From a virus (lineage: Duplodnaviria > Caudoviricetes), in the IMG/VR virus record IMGVR_UViG_3300009425_003086, positions 1 through 54,187 of that record: a stretch of DNA of 54,187 nt; one strand, 5' to 3'. A program made the position numbers and the translations under genes. The stretch's first letter is position 1, and each line of letters opens with the position of its first letter. Shown here piece after piece: positions 19,984-30,649 of the stretch. The notes below the pieces were generated by a model. The model saw only the letters and a list, made by a program, of their open reading frames with translations. It made no database searches and had not been told where the DNA came from.

Positions 19984-21330
19984 ATGACATTACAGAGATT
20001 ATCAGAATACGGAAAAGGATTCCAAATAAAAGTGATCGGCGCACTACTAACACAGAAAGGATTTCTAATTAATGTTAGAGACACCCTAAAAGCAGACTAC
20101 TTTGATACTGACACTCATAAATGGGTGGTTGATAAAATCTTATCGTACTTTGATCAGTACAACACTACCATTACTATGGATGTTCTTAAAGTAGAACTTA
20201 AAAAAGTAGATAATGATGTCTTAATGACAGCTTTAAAAGAAGAATTAAGGAATTCTTATGCAGCTTCACAGGATGATTTAGATTATGTAGAGGGAGAATT
20301 TACTTCTTTCTGTCGTAATCAGGAAATGAAAACTGCTATACTAGATTCAGCATCCATGCTAAAAAATGGTGATTTTGAAGGAATCAGAAGTGTAGTAGAA
20401 AAAGCAATTAAAGCCGGAATGGATAAAAGTATAGGTCATGAATATAATAAAGATGTTGAATCACGTTATCGTGTTGACTACCGTCCTACTATTCCTACTC
20501 CTTGGCCTGCTCTTAATGATAGTATACAAGGTGGGTTTGGACCTGGGGACCTTGGCATCATTTTTGGTAGTCCTGGTGGTGGTAAAAGTTGGACTATGGT
20601 TGCTATTGCCGCTCATGCTGTTCAGCTTGGCTACAAAGTTAATTATTATACTTTGGAACTGGGTGAAGACTATGTAGGAAAAAGATTTGACTGTTATTTT
20701 ACAGGTCATGGTATTGAAGAGGTAAATAGTCATAGAGGAGAGGTACAAACATACATTGATAACTTAAAAGGAAAATTAATAGTAAAAGAATACGCACCGA
20801 AACAAGCTAGTGTAGGTACTATAAAAGCACATATACAGAGGTGTACTGATTTAGATCACAAACCGGACTTAGTTATAATTGATTATGTTGATTATTTAAG
20901 AGGACCGGCTAGAGGAAAGTTTACTGAAAGAAAAGATGAGATTGATGATAGTTTTATCGCAACTAAAGGACTAGCAAAAGAACTACAGATACCTATAATC
21001 ACACCTTCCCAGGTAAATCGAATGGGAGCCAGGGATAGTATTATAGAAGGTGACAAAGCAGCAGGCTCATACGATAAAATGATGGTTGCTGACATCTGTA
21101 TATCACTTTCCAGAATGAAAGAAGACAAGGTACTAGGTACAGGTCGATTCCATATCATGAAAAATAGATACGGTCGAGATGGAATGACATATAATATAAA
21201 AATGAATACAAATAACGGACATATTGATATTGAAGGTGTAACAAACCTGGAAGAACTTCTCGAACAAGAGAATAAACCCCAGTTTACTCTTACACCGGAT
21301 AAAATGCAAGATTTATTTGGAAAAACCTAA
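19984..21330 (+). CDS. Replicative DNA helicase (DnaB / T4 gp41-like)
   Basis: GSPGGGKS, YTLE, IIDYVD, PSQVNR, MKNRYG. Confidence 0.92.
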   Translation: MTLQRLSEYGKGFQIKVIGALLTQKGFLINVRDTLKADYFDTDTHKWVVDKILSYFDQYNTTITMDVLKVELKKVDNDVLMTALKEELRNSYAASQDDLDYVEGEFTSFCRNQEMKTAILDSASMLKNGDFEGIRSVVEKAIKAGMDKSIGHEYNKDVESRYRVDYRPTIPTPWPALNDSIQGGFGPGDLGIIFGSPGGGKSWTMVAIAAHAVQLGYKVNYYTLELGEDYVGKRFDCYFTGHGIEEVNSHRGEVQTYIDNLKGKLIVKEYAPKQASVGTIKAHIQRCTDLDHKPDLVIIDYVDYLRGPARGKFTERKDEIDDSFIATKGLAKELQIPIITPSQVNRMGARDSIIEGDKAAGSYDKMMVADICISLSRMKEDKVLGTGRFHIMKNRYGRDGMTYNIKMNTNNGHIDIEGVTNLEELLEQENKPQFTLTPDKMQDLFGKT

Positions 21331-21350
21331 ATATATATGCTATTTATTTT

Positions 21351-21388
21351 AGATCTCCTGGAATAGATTATTCTACTTTAGGAGATTT
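21351..21388 (+). terminator. Intergenic hairpin upstream of nrdB (terminator or regulatory stem)
   Basis: AGATCTCCTGG...TTAGGAGATTT stem with inner GAATA/TATTC. Confidence 0.5.
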
Positions 21389-21419
21389 AACTGTCTACAA
21401 ATAATAAAAAATAAAATTT

Positions 21420-22397
21420 ATGAGCCTACTTAATGAAAGAATTGTTTACAAGCCGTTTGAGTATCCAAAAGCATTCGACTACTGGTTAAAACAGCAACAA
21501 GCACACTGGTTACACACAGAAGTACCTATGGCTCAAGACGTTAGTGATTGGAAATCCAACCTAACAGCTTCAGAAAAGAACCTAATAGGGGGAATTTTAA
21601 AAGGTTTCGCACAAACAGAAACAGTAGTTAATGATTACTGGACAGGATTAGTTACTAAGTGGTTCAGAAAACCAGAAGTTATTGCAATGGCCACTACTTT
21701 CGGATCATTCGAAACTATTCATGCAGAAGCCTATTCTTTACTAAACGAACAGTTAGGTCTAGACGATTTTGCTGAATTTTTAGAGGATGAAGCTACAATG
21801 GCCAAGATAGAAGCGTTAATGGACGTTAGAGATGGACATGATGGCAAACCTGATTGGAAAAAAAGAGCTAAATCCTTAGCTATATTTTCAGCTTTTACTG
21901 AAGGAGTAAATTTATTCTCTTCTTTTGCAGTTCTATTATCTTTTAAAATGAGAAATAAACTAAAAGGTATAGGTCAGATTGTAGAATGGTCTGTAAGAGA
22001 TGAATCATTACACTCAGACGCCGGTTGTTGGTTGTTTAGAACGTTAATGGAGGAGCATCCTGAATTTAAGACTAAAAAACTAATGAAGGAAATCAAACAA
22101 GCAGCCCACCTTTCTTTAGAATTAGAATTTAATTTTATAGATAAGATATTTGAATTAGGAGATTTAGAAAATCTTACTAAAGACGAATTAAAGAATTTTA
22201 TTAAACATAGAGTTAATACAAAAATGGGAGATTTAGGATTAGATCCTATTATACCTTCATCTGAAATAGATAAAGGAGCTTTAAAAACAATGAAATGGTT
22301 CGATGCAGTAATTGCGGGTAAACAACAAACAGATTTCTTTGCGAGTAGAGTTACTAACTACTCTAAAGGAACCGTAGATTGGGATAACGCTTTTTAA
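21420..22397 (+). CDS. nrdB: Class I ribonucleotide reductase beta subunit
   Basis: YKPFEYP, ETIHAEAY, EGVNLFSSF, VRDESLH, TDFF..RVTNY. Confidence 0.95.
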   Translation: MSLLNERIVYKPFEYPKAFDYWLKQQQAHWLHTEVPMAQDVSDWKSNLTASEKNLIGGILKGFAQTETVVNDYWTGLVTKWFRKPEVIAMATTFGSFETIHAEAYSLLNEQLGLDDFAEFLEDEATMAKIEALMDVRDGHDGKPDWKKRAKSLAIFSAFTEGVNLFSSFAVLLSFKMRNKLKGIGQIVEWSVRDESLHSDAGCWLFRTLMEEHPEFKTKKLMKEIKQAAHLSLELEFNFIDKIFELGDLENLTKDELKNFIKHRVNTKMGDLGLDPIIPSSEIDKGALKTMKWFDAVIAGKQQTDFFASRVTNYSKGTVDWDNAF

Positions 22398-22418
22398 AAA
22401 CACATAAACACTAAATAA

Positions 22419-24137
22419 ATGGTAAATAACATCGATATTTCAAACTGGGAAAAGGGTAAAGATTATCCTGAATGGATGACTGAAGTATCATTAGCAACCG
22501 TCTCCAAAGGTTATCTACTACCAGAGGAAACCCCAAAAACAGCTTATAAAAGAGTAGCGAATAGAGTAGCATCACGGTTAGATAGACCGGATTTAGCTTC
22601 TAAATTCTTTAGATATATATGGAAAGGGTGGTTAAACCTAGCTTCCCCAGTATTATCTAATACAGGAACCGGTAGAGGACTGCCTATTTCTTGTTTTGGT
22701 ATAGATACACCTGATTCTATTAGAGGAATTGGTTTAACTAATGCTGAATTAATGAGATTAACTTCTCTAGGTGGTGGAGTTGGAATTGGATTATCTAATA
22801 TTAGAGGAAGAGGTGGAAAGATCGGAGGAAATGAAAATTTAGGTCAATCTGAAGGTATTGTACCTTGGGCTAAGATTTATGATTCTACTATCATTGCGAC
22901 AAATCAAGGAGCAGTAAGAAGAGGGGCAGCCTCTGTTAATCTAGATATAAATCATCCAGATATTGAAGAATTCTTACAAATACGTAGACCTAAAGGTGAT
23001 CCTAATAGACAGTGTTTAAACCTACATCAATGTGTGGTTATAGATGATGAGTTTATGCAAAAATTAGAAAGAAATAATACAAAAGCAAGAGATTTATGGA
23101 TTAGTATACTTAAGTCAAGAATGGAAACTGGAGAACCTTACATTATGTTTAAAGATAACGTTAATAACGCTAATCCACAAGCATATGTAAAGAACAACTT
23201 AGAAGTTTCGATGACTAATATTTGTTCTGAGATTACATTATTTACAGATGATGAACATTCTTTTATTTGCTGTCTTAGCTCACTTAACTTAGCTAAATAT
23301 GATGAGTGGAAAAATACAGATTTAGTAGAAACAGGGGTATACTTCCTTGATGGTGTAATGGAAGAATTTTTAGATAAGACTTCCGGTAGAGAATCATTAG
23401 TAAGAGCTCATAGATCAGCTAAAAAAGGAAGAGCTATAGGTTTAGGAGTTTTAGGATGGCAAACATTTTTACAAAATAAGAGAATACCATTCATTTCTAT
23501 CGAAGCAACTTCATGGACCCACAAGATATTCTCACAAATTAGAGAACAAGCAATAGCAGCTTCAATGAAGTTAGCAGACGAATACGGAGAACCAGTTTGG
23601 TGTAGAGGAACAGGTATGAGAAACTCCCATGTATTGGCAATAGCACCAACAGTATCAAATTCCACCATAACAGGAGGAATATCAGCCGGTATTGAACCAT
23701 TACCAGCAAATGTTTTTACATTTAATTCAGCTAAAGGTACTTTTATTAGGAAGAATCCTGCATTAGAAAGTTATTTAGAAGAGAAAGGTTCTAATACAGA
23801 AGAAATTTGGGATCAGATAATGAAAGATAGAGGATCAGTAGCAAACCTACCTGAAAGCGTATTACCAAATGGAGATAAAAAAATATTCCTTACATTTTCA
23901 GAAATAAACCAATTAGGTTTAGTAGAGCAAGCAGCAGCAAGACAGAAGTACATAGATCAAACGCAATCTTTAAATTTAGCCTTTGATCCCACCGATAGTC
24001 CAAAATTTATTAATTTAGTTCACCAAACTGCTTGGAAGTTAGGAATAAAAACACTATATTATCTAAGAACAGATTCAGTAATCAATGGCGACATTGGATC
24101 TAGAACATCAGAAGATTGTTTAAATTGTGACGGTTAA
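22419..24137 (+). CDS. nrdA: Class I ribonucleotide reductase alpha subunit (no ATP cone)
   Basis: PISCF, GGGVG, TNICSEI, CCLSS, APTVSNS, KTLYY, C-terminal CLNCDG. Confidence 0.95.
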   Translation: MVNNIDISNWEKGKDYPEWMTEVSLATVSKGYLLPEETPKTAYKRVANRVASRLDRPDLASKFFRYIWKGWLNLASPVLSNTGTGRGLPISCFGIDTPDSIRGIGLTNAELMRLTSLGGGVGIGLSNIRGRGGKIGGNENLGQSEGIVPWAKIYDSTIIATNQGAVRRGAASVNLDINHPDIEEFLQIRRPKGDPNRQCLNLHQCVVIDDEFMQKLERNNTKARDLWISILKSRMETGEPYIMFKDNVNNANPQAYVKNNLEVSMTNICSEITLFTDDEHSFICCLSSLNLAKYDEWKNTDLVETGVYFLDGVMEEFLDKTSGRESLVRAHRSAKKGRAIGLGVLGWQTFLQNKRIPFISIEATSWTHKIFSQIREQAIAASMKLADEYGEPVWCRGTGMRNSHVLAIAPTVSNSTITGGISAGIEPLPANVFTFNSAKGTFIRKNPALESYLEEKGSNTEEIWDQIMKDRGSVANLPESVLPNGDKKIFLTFSEINQLGLVEQAAARQKYIDQTQSLNLAFDPTDSPKFINLVHQTAWKLGIKTLYYLRTDSVINGDIGSRTSEDCLNCDG

Positions 24138-24147
24138 AAGAAAAGTT

Positions 24148-25428
24148 ATGAAGGAAAATTATATTTTTATTAATATAGCAAGTTATAGAGATGCAGAATT
24201 GTTACCTACTATAGCAGATGCTATCAAAAACGCAAAGTATCCAAAAAGATTAGTATTTGGAATATGCCACCAACATCATGATGATGATAAGTGGGATACT
24301 CTAAAGAAATATAAAAAGGATAAAAGGTTCAAGATTATTGACATGCGAGCAGAAGAGGCTAAAGGAGTATGTTGGGCAAGAGCTGAAATACAAAAGCTTT
24401 GGACTGATGAACAGTTTACTTTACAGTTAGATTCACACCATAGGTTTATTAAACACTGGGATGTAGAACTAATCAACACATTTTTCGACTGTGTAAAAGC
24501 AGGATACCAAAAACCATTGATTACTTCTTATATACCATCTTATGATCCTGACAACGATCCACAAAATAGAGTAAACGAACCATGGTACCTAACCTTTGAT
24601 AGGTTTGCACCAGAAGGACCGTTACACACTAGACCACATACAATAGAAAATGCTGCCAAATGCACCTTACCTATACCAGCAAGATTCTTTTCAGCCCACT
24701 TTATGTTTACAATGGGTGAATTCAATAGAGAAGTACCTTATGATCCTTCTTTGTACTTTCATGGGGAAGAGATTACTATGGCAGTAAGAGCTTACACTCA
24801 TGGGTATGACTTACTAACACCTCATAGAATATTTGCATGGCACCATTACGGTAGAGATAATGCTAGAAAGCACTGGGGAGACCATTCAAACTTTGGAGAT
24901 AGAGATAAATTATCTTTTGATAGAGTTAAGATGTTACTTAGTGTGGGTAGAGTAAAATGTAGACCGTGTCAACTAAGACAGCTAGAGCCTTTTGGTTTCG
25001 GTAAAGAGAGAACATTTAGAGAATACGAAAGATATGCTGGAATAGACTTTAGTACAAAGAAGCTACAAGGGTATACACTAAAACATAAAACACCTCCAAA
25101 CCCACCATTGGATGAAAATGAAGAATGGTCAGAAACACTACTACCATTCCAGAAATTCTGTGTAGATATACACAAAGATCATTTTAAATATAATGATTAC
25201 CTATTCTGCGTAGTATCTTTTGAAGGAGATGCCGACGGAGATGTAATTCATAGAGAAGATTTTAATAAAGAGCAACTACAGAACTTGTTAGATGCAACTC
25301 CAGACGGAACATTTATTAATATATGGAAAGAATTTTATGGCCCAATGCCTGCTAAAGTAATTGTTTGGCCTAACTCTAAAAAACATGGTTATGTCGATAG
25401 ATTTGAGTACCGATTTGATGCAGTCTAA
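24148..25428 (+). CDS. GlcNAc-transferase-like glycosyltransferase (Gnt1/GT60-like)
   Basis: IFINIASYRD, GVCWAR, QLDSHHRF, YFHGEE, HGYD; ATG at 24148 preferred. Confidence 0.8.
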   Translation: MKENYIFINIASYRDAELLPTIADAIKNAKYPKRLVFGICHQHHDDDKWDTLKKYKKDKRFKIIDMRAEEAKGVCWARAEIQKLWTDEQFTLQLDSHHRFIKHWDVELINTFFDCVKAGYQKPLITSYIPSYDPDNDPQNRVNEPWYLTFDRFAPEGPLHTRPHTIENAAKCTLPIPARFFSAHFMFTMGEFNREVPYDPSLYFHGEEITMAVRAYTHGYDLLTPHRIFAWHHYGRDNARKHWGDHSNFGDRDKLSFDRVKMLLSVGRVKCRPCQLRQLEPFGFGKERTFREYERYAGIDFSTKKLQGYTLKHKTPPNPPLDENEEWSETLLPFQKFCVDIHKDHFKYNDYLFCVVSFEGDADGDVIHREDFNKEQLQNLLDATPDGTFINIWKEFYGPMPAKVIVWPNSKKHGYVDRFEYRFDAV

Positions 25429-26689
25429 AATATTTGTACATCTCCCAGCTTATAGGGAGCCTGAACTAATACCCACTATTGAAGATGCATTAGCCCAAGC
25501 AGCAAACCCAAAAAGAATTATATTCGGTATTTGTAGACAATATCACCCTGATGATGACTTTGATAATCTGGATAAGTACAGAAAAGATAAGAGATTTAAG
25601 ATCTACGATATTCCTCATGAAAAAGCAAAAGGTCTGCCTTATGCAAGAGCAATTATTAATGAGAAACTGCTAGAAAATGAAGATTACGTACTTCAATTAG
25701 ATTCTCACCATAGATTCATTAAACATTGGGATAAAGAGCTAATTACAATGCATTCTAACCTGGAAAAGGACGGGTATAAGCCACTATTAACAGGTTATTT
25801 ACCTGAGTATAAGCCATTTGAAGAACCTAACGGTAGAACCGATGTTCCATGGTTTACAAGATTTAATAGTTTCTACCCACACGGTACTATTTTTATACAA
25901 CCTACCTTATTAAGAGGTTGGAAAAATATGAAAAAACCAGTACCTGCCAGATTCTGTTCAGGACACTTTTGCTTCGGTAAAAACGAATGGGCTAAAGAAA
26001 TAAAGCATGATACTGATATATACTTTGCAGGAGAAGAATTAAACCTAACTGTTAGAAGTTACACTCATGGTTATGACTTATTTCACCCTCATAAAATAGT
26101 TATTTGGCATGCTACTATGAGAGAAGAAAGAGACGGTATCTTAGCATGGGATGATCAACATAAAAGAGGAGATAACACATGGTACACTCAGCAAGATATA
26201 GGAAGATCTAAAATTAGACAACTACTAAAGACTGAAGATAATGGGTTTGATCTTACAGGGTATGATTTAGGAACTGTGCGTAGTTTACGGCAGTATGAAA
26301 AATATGCTGGTATTAATTTTAAATTAAAAGCAGTACAAGAATACACCGCAGCAGACCAATACCCCCCTAATCCTCAACATTTATCTCAAAAATCATGGGA
26401 AGATTCATTTATGAAATCCACATACCATTTAGTAGATATAACACCAGAAGATTTACCGGGAAAAGACTATAATTTTATATTAATAGCATTTGACAATAAA
26501 GAAGGAATTAACATAGAAAGCCAGTACCTAGAAAGAGAGGAAATGGAAGAGTTTTTTACACTAGGAAAACCAATACATTTTGAAAAATCAATTCTTAGTG
26601 CCACAAAACCTGCAAAAGTAGTATACTGGGGACATAGTGAGAAAAGAGGTTGGGCTGAAAGAAAAGAAATAAACTTAAGTAATGATTAA
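25418..26689 (+). CDS. GlcNAc-transferase-like glycosyltransferase, tandem paralog
   Basis: IFVHLPAYRE, GLPYAR, QLDSHHRF, YFAGEE, HGYD; ATG at 25418. Confidence 0.8.
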   Translation: MQSKIFVHLPAYREPELIPTIEDALAQAANPKRIIFGICRQYHPDDDFDNLDKYRKDKRFKIYDIPHEKAKGLPYARAIINEKLLENEDYVLQLDSHHRFIKHWDKELITMHSNLEKDGYKPLLTGYLPEYKPFEEPNGRTDVPWFTRFNSFYPHGTIFIQPTLLRGWKNMKKPVPARFCSGHFCFGKNEWAKEIKHDTDIYFAGEELNLTVRSYTHGYDLFHPHKIVIWHATMREERDGILAWDDQHKRGDNTWYTQQDIGRSKIRQLLKTEDNGFDLTGYDLGTVRSLRQYEKYAGINFKLKAVQEYTAADQYPPNPQHLSQKSWEDSFMKSTYHLVDITPEDLPGKDYNFILIAFDNKEGINIESQYLEREEMEEFFTLGKPIHFEKSILSATKPAKVVYWGHSEKRGWAERKEINLSND

Positions 26690-28307
26690 CGTAGCAATAT
26701 ACGGATCCCATAATGCAACCGTAGCAGTGGAGGTTGATGGAGAAATCAAACTTGTTTTAGAGTTAGAAAGACTCATAAATGAAAAGAACCAAGGACTTGC
26801 CCAATATAACACCTATAAACCAGATGATATACTCTGGTATAGTAAATACTTAGCACAGTATATTTGTAAAAAGTTTAATGTTAAACAATTTGACCATTGT
26901 TTCCATCAACAAACAGAGGTAGTTATAGATGAAATTAAACATAGGTTATTCGAAGATTTTCCTGCTAAACATTACATAGAAGGTAAACACCATCATTCAC
27001 ATGCTTCTGGAGGACTGTACCAATCTCCATATAATAAAGCATTAATTTTTTCTTTTGATGGAGGAGGTAATGATGGCTTTTTTAACATATACCTTGGCAA
27101 GAAAGGTAAAGAATTAAGTTTATTAGAATGTATAACCCATCCTAGAAGTGAATCACCTCATGAATATTTAGATTTAGGTCTACCTTATATGCTGTTTGGT
27201 CACTATTTAGCGGAAATAAAACAAGAAGTAGATATCTCAGCAGGTAACCTTGTATACCCAGGCAAGATGATGGGTTTAGCTTCATATGGGGATATTAGAG
27301 AAGAGTGGTTACCCCCTCTAACAAATTTTCTACTAACTCAAATGTCTGGACAAACACATATGGAACCACTCTCAATATTGGGTGAAGAAATAGGTTTAGT
27401 ATTTCATAAAGATAGTAGAATTGGAGGAAAAACAGGACAAGATTTAGCAGCATCTATTCAGAAAGCATGGGAAGAAGTATTCTTATCTTATGCTATACCT
27501 TATATGGAAAAATGGCCGGACTATCCAATTATCTTAACTGGGGGATGTGCTTTAAATATTATTTTAAATACAAGAATAAAAGAAGAATTTAAAAAAGAAG
27601 TATTTGTAGGTCCTAATCCTAATGATTGCGGATTAGCAGCAGGAATGTTACTAAGCAACATAAGACCTTTAGAACCTGTCGACTTAACTTATTCCGGAAC
27701 AAAATTATTAGATTTAGATGTACTTTCTGAATATGCACACAATACTCATTTTAGTACAACTTCTTTTCTAGATTTAGATGTATTAGTAAAAGATATACAG
27801 GCTGGTAAAATAGTAGGTGTAGCAAGAGGAAGAGGTGAACATGGACCAAGAGCTTTAGGGAATAGAAGTATTATATGTGATCCAACAGTAGCTAATATGA
27901 AAAACATACTTAACAAGAAAGTTAAAGGTAGAGAATACTTCAGACCCTTTGCACCAGTAGTAAGACTAGAAGATGTTGGTAAGTATTTTGAATTTGAAGG
28001 AGAAGCAAGATGGATGTCTTTTTGTCCAAAAGTTAGAGAGGAATATCGAGACAAACTAAAAGCAATTACACATATTGACGGAACAGCACGAGTACAGACA
28101 GTAACTTCCGCACAAAATCCATGGTTATATGAACTATTAACTAAGATGGATGAAAAAACTGGGATAGGGGTACTATTAAACACATCTTTTAATGTAGCCG
28201 GTAAACCAATACTAAGTACTGCAAGAGATGCCTTCAAAATCTTCCATCAAAAAGAAATGGACGTACTGGTAATAGAAGATAATTATTTTAAAAAACGCAC
28301 TTTGTAA
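26682..28307 (+). CDS. Carbamoyltransferase (NodU/CmcH/TobZ family)
   Basis: HHHSHA, DGGG, GKMMGLA, GGCALN, GPRALGNRS, RPFAP, LNTSFN. Confidence 0.92.
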   Translation: MINVAIYGSHNATVAVEVDGEIKLVLELERLINEKNQGLAQYNTYKPDDILWYSKYLAQYICKKFNVKQFDHCFHQQTEVVIDEIKHRLFEDFPAKHYIEGKHHHSHASGGLYQSPYNKALIFSFDGGGNDGFFNIYLGKKGKELSLLECITHPRSESPHEYLDLGLPYMLFGHYLAEIKQEVDISAGNLVYPGKMMGLASYGDIREEWLPPLTNFLLTQMSGQTHMEPLSILGEEIGLVFHKDSRIGGKTGQDLAASIQKAWEEVFLSYAIPYMEKWPDYPIILTGGCALNIILNTRIKEEFKKEVFVGPNPNDCGLAAGMLLSNIRPLEPVDLTYSGTKLLDLDVLSEYAHNTHFSTTSFLDLDVLVKDIQAGKIVGVARGRGEHGPRALGNRSIICDPTVANMKNILNKKVKGREYFRPFAPVVRLEDVGKYFEFEGEARWMSFCPKVREEYRDKLKAITHIDGTARVQTVTSAQNPWLYELLTKMDEKTGIGVLLNTSFNVAGKPILSTARDAFKIFHQKEMDVLVIEDNYFKKRTL

Positions 28308-28320
28308 AAAGAACTAAAAG

Positions 28321-30033
28321 ATGAGTAAATCAAACGTAACAATAGTATCCGGCTTATGGGATTTAGGTCGCGAAGATAGAGGCTTCCAGGAAGTGTATAT
28401 TCCAAGATTTAAAGAATTTCTACAAACAGACGCTAATCTAATACTATTCCTACCAGAAGAGTTACATGAAATGGTGTGGGAATGTAGGGAAAAGAAAAAC
28501 ACTAGGGTAGTTACTTGTGGGTTAGAACAAGGCATAAAGAGTAATTACTTTGCACCACACTGGGATAATGCTCAAGGCATTAGAAATAGTGAAGACTGGA
28601 GAAATTTAACTGGAACAGGTGGGTGGTTACAAGGATCCCCACAGTTAAAGTATGAATACTACAATCCAATAGTAATGTCTAAGATGTTTATGTTACATGA
28701 TGCATCTATATACAATGACTTTAATACAGAATTCTTTTTCTGGGTAGATGCTGGCCTCACGATGACGGTAGATCAAAGATTATTAAATAGAGCAGATATT
28801 ATAGAGAAGTTCGCCGATTACGCTAATCCATTCTTATTTTTATCTTTTCCGTATGAGAATCAAGATGAATTTCATGGATTTAAAGCAGATGCATTAAAAG
28901 CACATTGTAGAACCTTACCAACATACTGTTGTAGAGGTGGTTTTTTCGGAGGTCATAAAACACAAATTACAGAAGCTAACGCAATGTATTACGGGCTACT
29001 AAACAATACCTTAGAATCGGGGTATATGGGGACTGAAGAGACTATATTCACTATAATGGCTCATGCACAACCTCAGACCTATAGAAGATACATGTTAGAC
29101 CCAAGTGGTCATATCTATAAGTTTTATAACAGTCTAGAAAAAGGTGATATAGAATTAGAGGAAGTAGATGTTAAATTTGCAGAAGATCAAAGGATAGTTA
29201 CTGAAAAAGAAGTTGAAGAGACTAAGACTAACCTATATATGTTGACATTCAATTTTCCAAAGCAAATACTTCATACTATAGAGACTATGAAAGAAGCCTC
29301 AGAATGGTTAGAAAAACCTAATCTATTCTTACTAGACAATTCTACTGACAAAGAAGCAAAAAAGAAAAATATAGAGATATGTAAACAGTACAATTTTGAA
29401 TATATTGATTTAGAAAAAAATACAGGAATCTGTGGTGGAAGACAAGCAGCTGCAGAACACTTTGATAAATCAGGCGCCGATTTTATGTTCTTCTTTGAAG
29501 ACGATATGACAGTAAATCCACCAGATAAAGAGGGAATGGTGTGTAGAAATGGCTTTAATAGGTATATACATGGTTTATATAGGAAATTACATAGGATAAT
29601 GTTATTAGAAAAGTTTGATTTCCTAAAATTATCATTTACAGAGGTGTATATGGATAATAACAAACAATGTGCATGGTATAATGTCCCACAAAACATAAGA
29701 ACCAGAGATTACCCACATTATGATCAATTACCGGTAAATGGTCTGGATAGAAATTCTCCAAATACTAAATTTGACGAAATAAGGATGTTAGATGGAGTCT
29801 CCTATATTACTGGAGATGTGTATTACGCTAACTGGCCTCAAATCGTTAGCAAAGCCGGTAATAAAAAAATGTTTATAGACACGAAGTATGATCACCCTTA
29901 CGAACAGACATGGATGTCTCATATATACCAACAAGAGAAAGAAGGTAATATTAAATCCGCTGTACTACTAGCATCACCTATTTGGCATGACAGAATACAG
30001 TATTATAAACCAGAAGAAAGACGAGAAAACTAG
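28321..30033 (+). CDS. HtrL/YibB-like domain fused to GT2-like glycosyltransferase
   Basis: TIVSGLWDLGR, FWVDAG, GGFFGG, GTEE; C-terminal LLDNS, NTGICGGR, FFEDD. Confidence 0.7.
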   Translation: MSKSNVTIVSGLWDLGREDRGFQEVYIPRFKEFLQTDANLILFLPEELHEMVWECREKKNTRVVTCGLEQGIKSNYFAPHWDNAQGIRNSEDWRNLTGTGGWLQGSPQLKYEYYNPIVMSKMFMLHDASIYNDFNTEFFFWVDAGLTMTVDQRLLNRADIIEKFADYANPFLFLSFPYENQDEFHGFKADALKAHCRTLPTYCCRGGFFGGHKTQITEANAMYYGLLNNTLESGYMGTEETIFTIMAHAQPQTYRRYMLDPSGHIYKFYNSLEKGDIELEEVDVKFAEDQRIVTEKEVEETKTNLYMLTFNFPKQILHTIETMKEASEWLEKPNLFLLDNSTDKEAKKKNIEICKQYNFEYIDLEKNTGICGGRQAAAEHFDKSGADFMFFFEDDMTVNPPDKEGMVCRNGFNRYIHGLYRKLHRIMLLEKFDFLKLSFTEVYMDNNKQCAWYNVPQNIRTRDYPHYDQLPVNGLDRNSPNTKFDEIRMLDGVSYITGDVYYANWPQIVSKAGNKKMFIDTKYDHPYEQTWMSHIYQQEKEGNIKSAVLLASPIWHDRIQYYKPEERREN

Positions 30034-30041
30034 TAAAATAG

Positions 30042-30072
30042 TTGGAATTCTAATAAATAATCACTATATTAT
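30042..30072 (+). promoter_or_regulatory. Bacteroidota-type -33/-7 promoter, 5 nt before ATG
   Basis: TTG-N20-TATATTAT. Confidence 0.7.
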
Positions 30073-30077
30073 ATAAT

Positions 30078-30332
30078 ATGAAGAGAGTACTAAGATTCAC
30101 AGCAGAATGGTGCGGACCATGTAAAGGTTACGCTCCTATATTTGAAGCAGTAGAAGATGCAGGAGTAGAAGGAGTAGAATTTATGACTATTAATATAGAT
30201 AACGATACTACAGGAGCAGCAGCAGAGTACGGTATTAAAAGTGTACCTTGTACCATAGTAGATAACGGAGGAGATATTAAAAGACATATAGGTGTTATGT
30301 CTGAAGTACAATTAATCAATTTTATCAATTAA
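30078..30332 (+). CDS. Thioredoxin
   Basis: WCGPC active site, cis-Pro SVP. Confidence 0.93.
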   Translation: MKRVLRFTAEWCGPCKGYAPIFEAVEDAGVEGVEFMTINIDNDTTGAAAEYGIKSVPCTIVDNGGDIKRHIGVMSEVQLINFIN

Positions 30333-30346
30333 AACCAAAATAAGTT

Positions 30347-30649
30347 ATGTTAAGAAACCCAGATTCATTACCGGTAGGGGATACAGTTATTTCAGATCCA
30401 GCAATGGAACCTTACTTTATTACTCGTTCTCAAAATCACGAATACACAGTATTTGAAAAAGTAATTAAAGGAGATAATGATACTCCCTACCTAAGAACAG
30501 TTTGTTACCCTTCGAAATTTAGAAGAGCTTTAAAAGTAATTATGAAAGAACTATTGGACTTTAAAGGTCAAACTAAATTTAATTCCTTAGAAGAATACTT
30601 TAAGAAATGGGAAAAAATCAATGCTAAATTAGATAGTCTAACAATTTAA
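30347..30649 (+). CDS. Hypothetical protein
   Basis: 100-aa ORF, co-oriented, AAGTT-ATG start. Confidence 0.65.
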   Translation: MLRNPDSLPVGDTVISDPAMEPYFITRSQNHEYTVFEKVIKGDNDTPYLRTVCYPSKFRRALKVIMKELLDFKGQTKFNSLEEYFKKWEKINAKLDSLTI

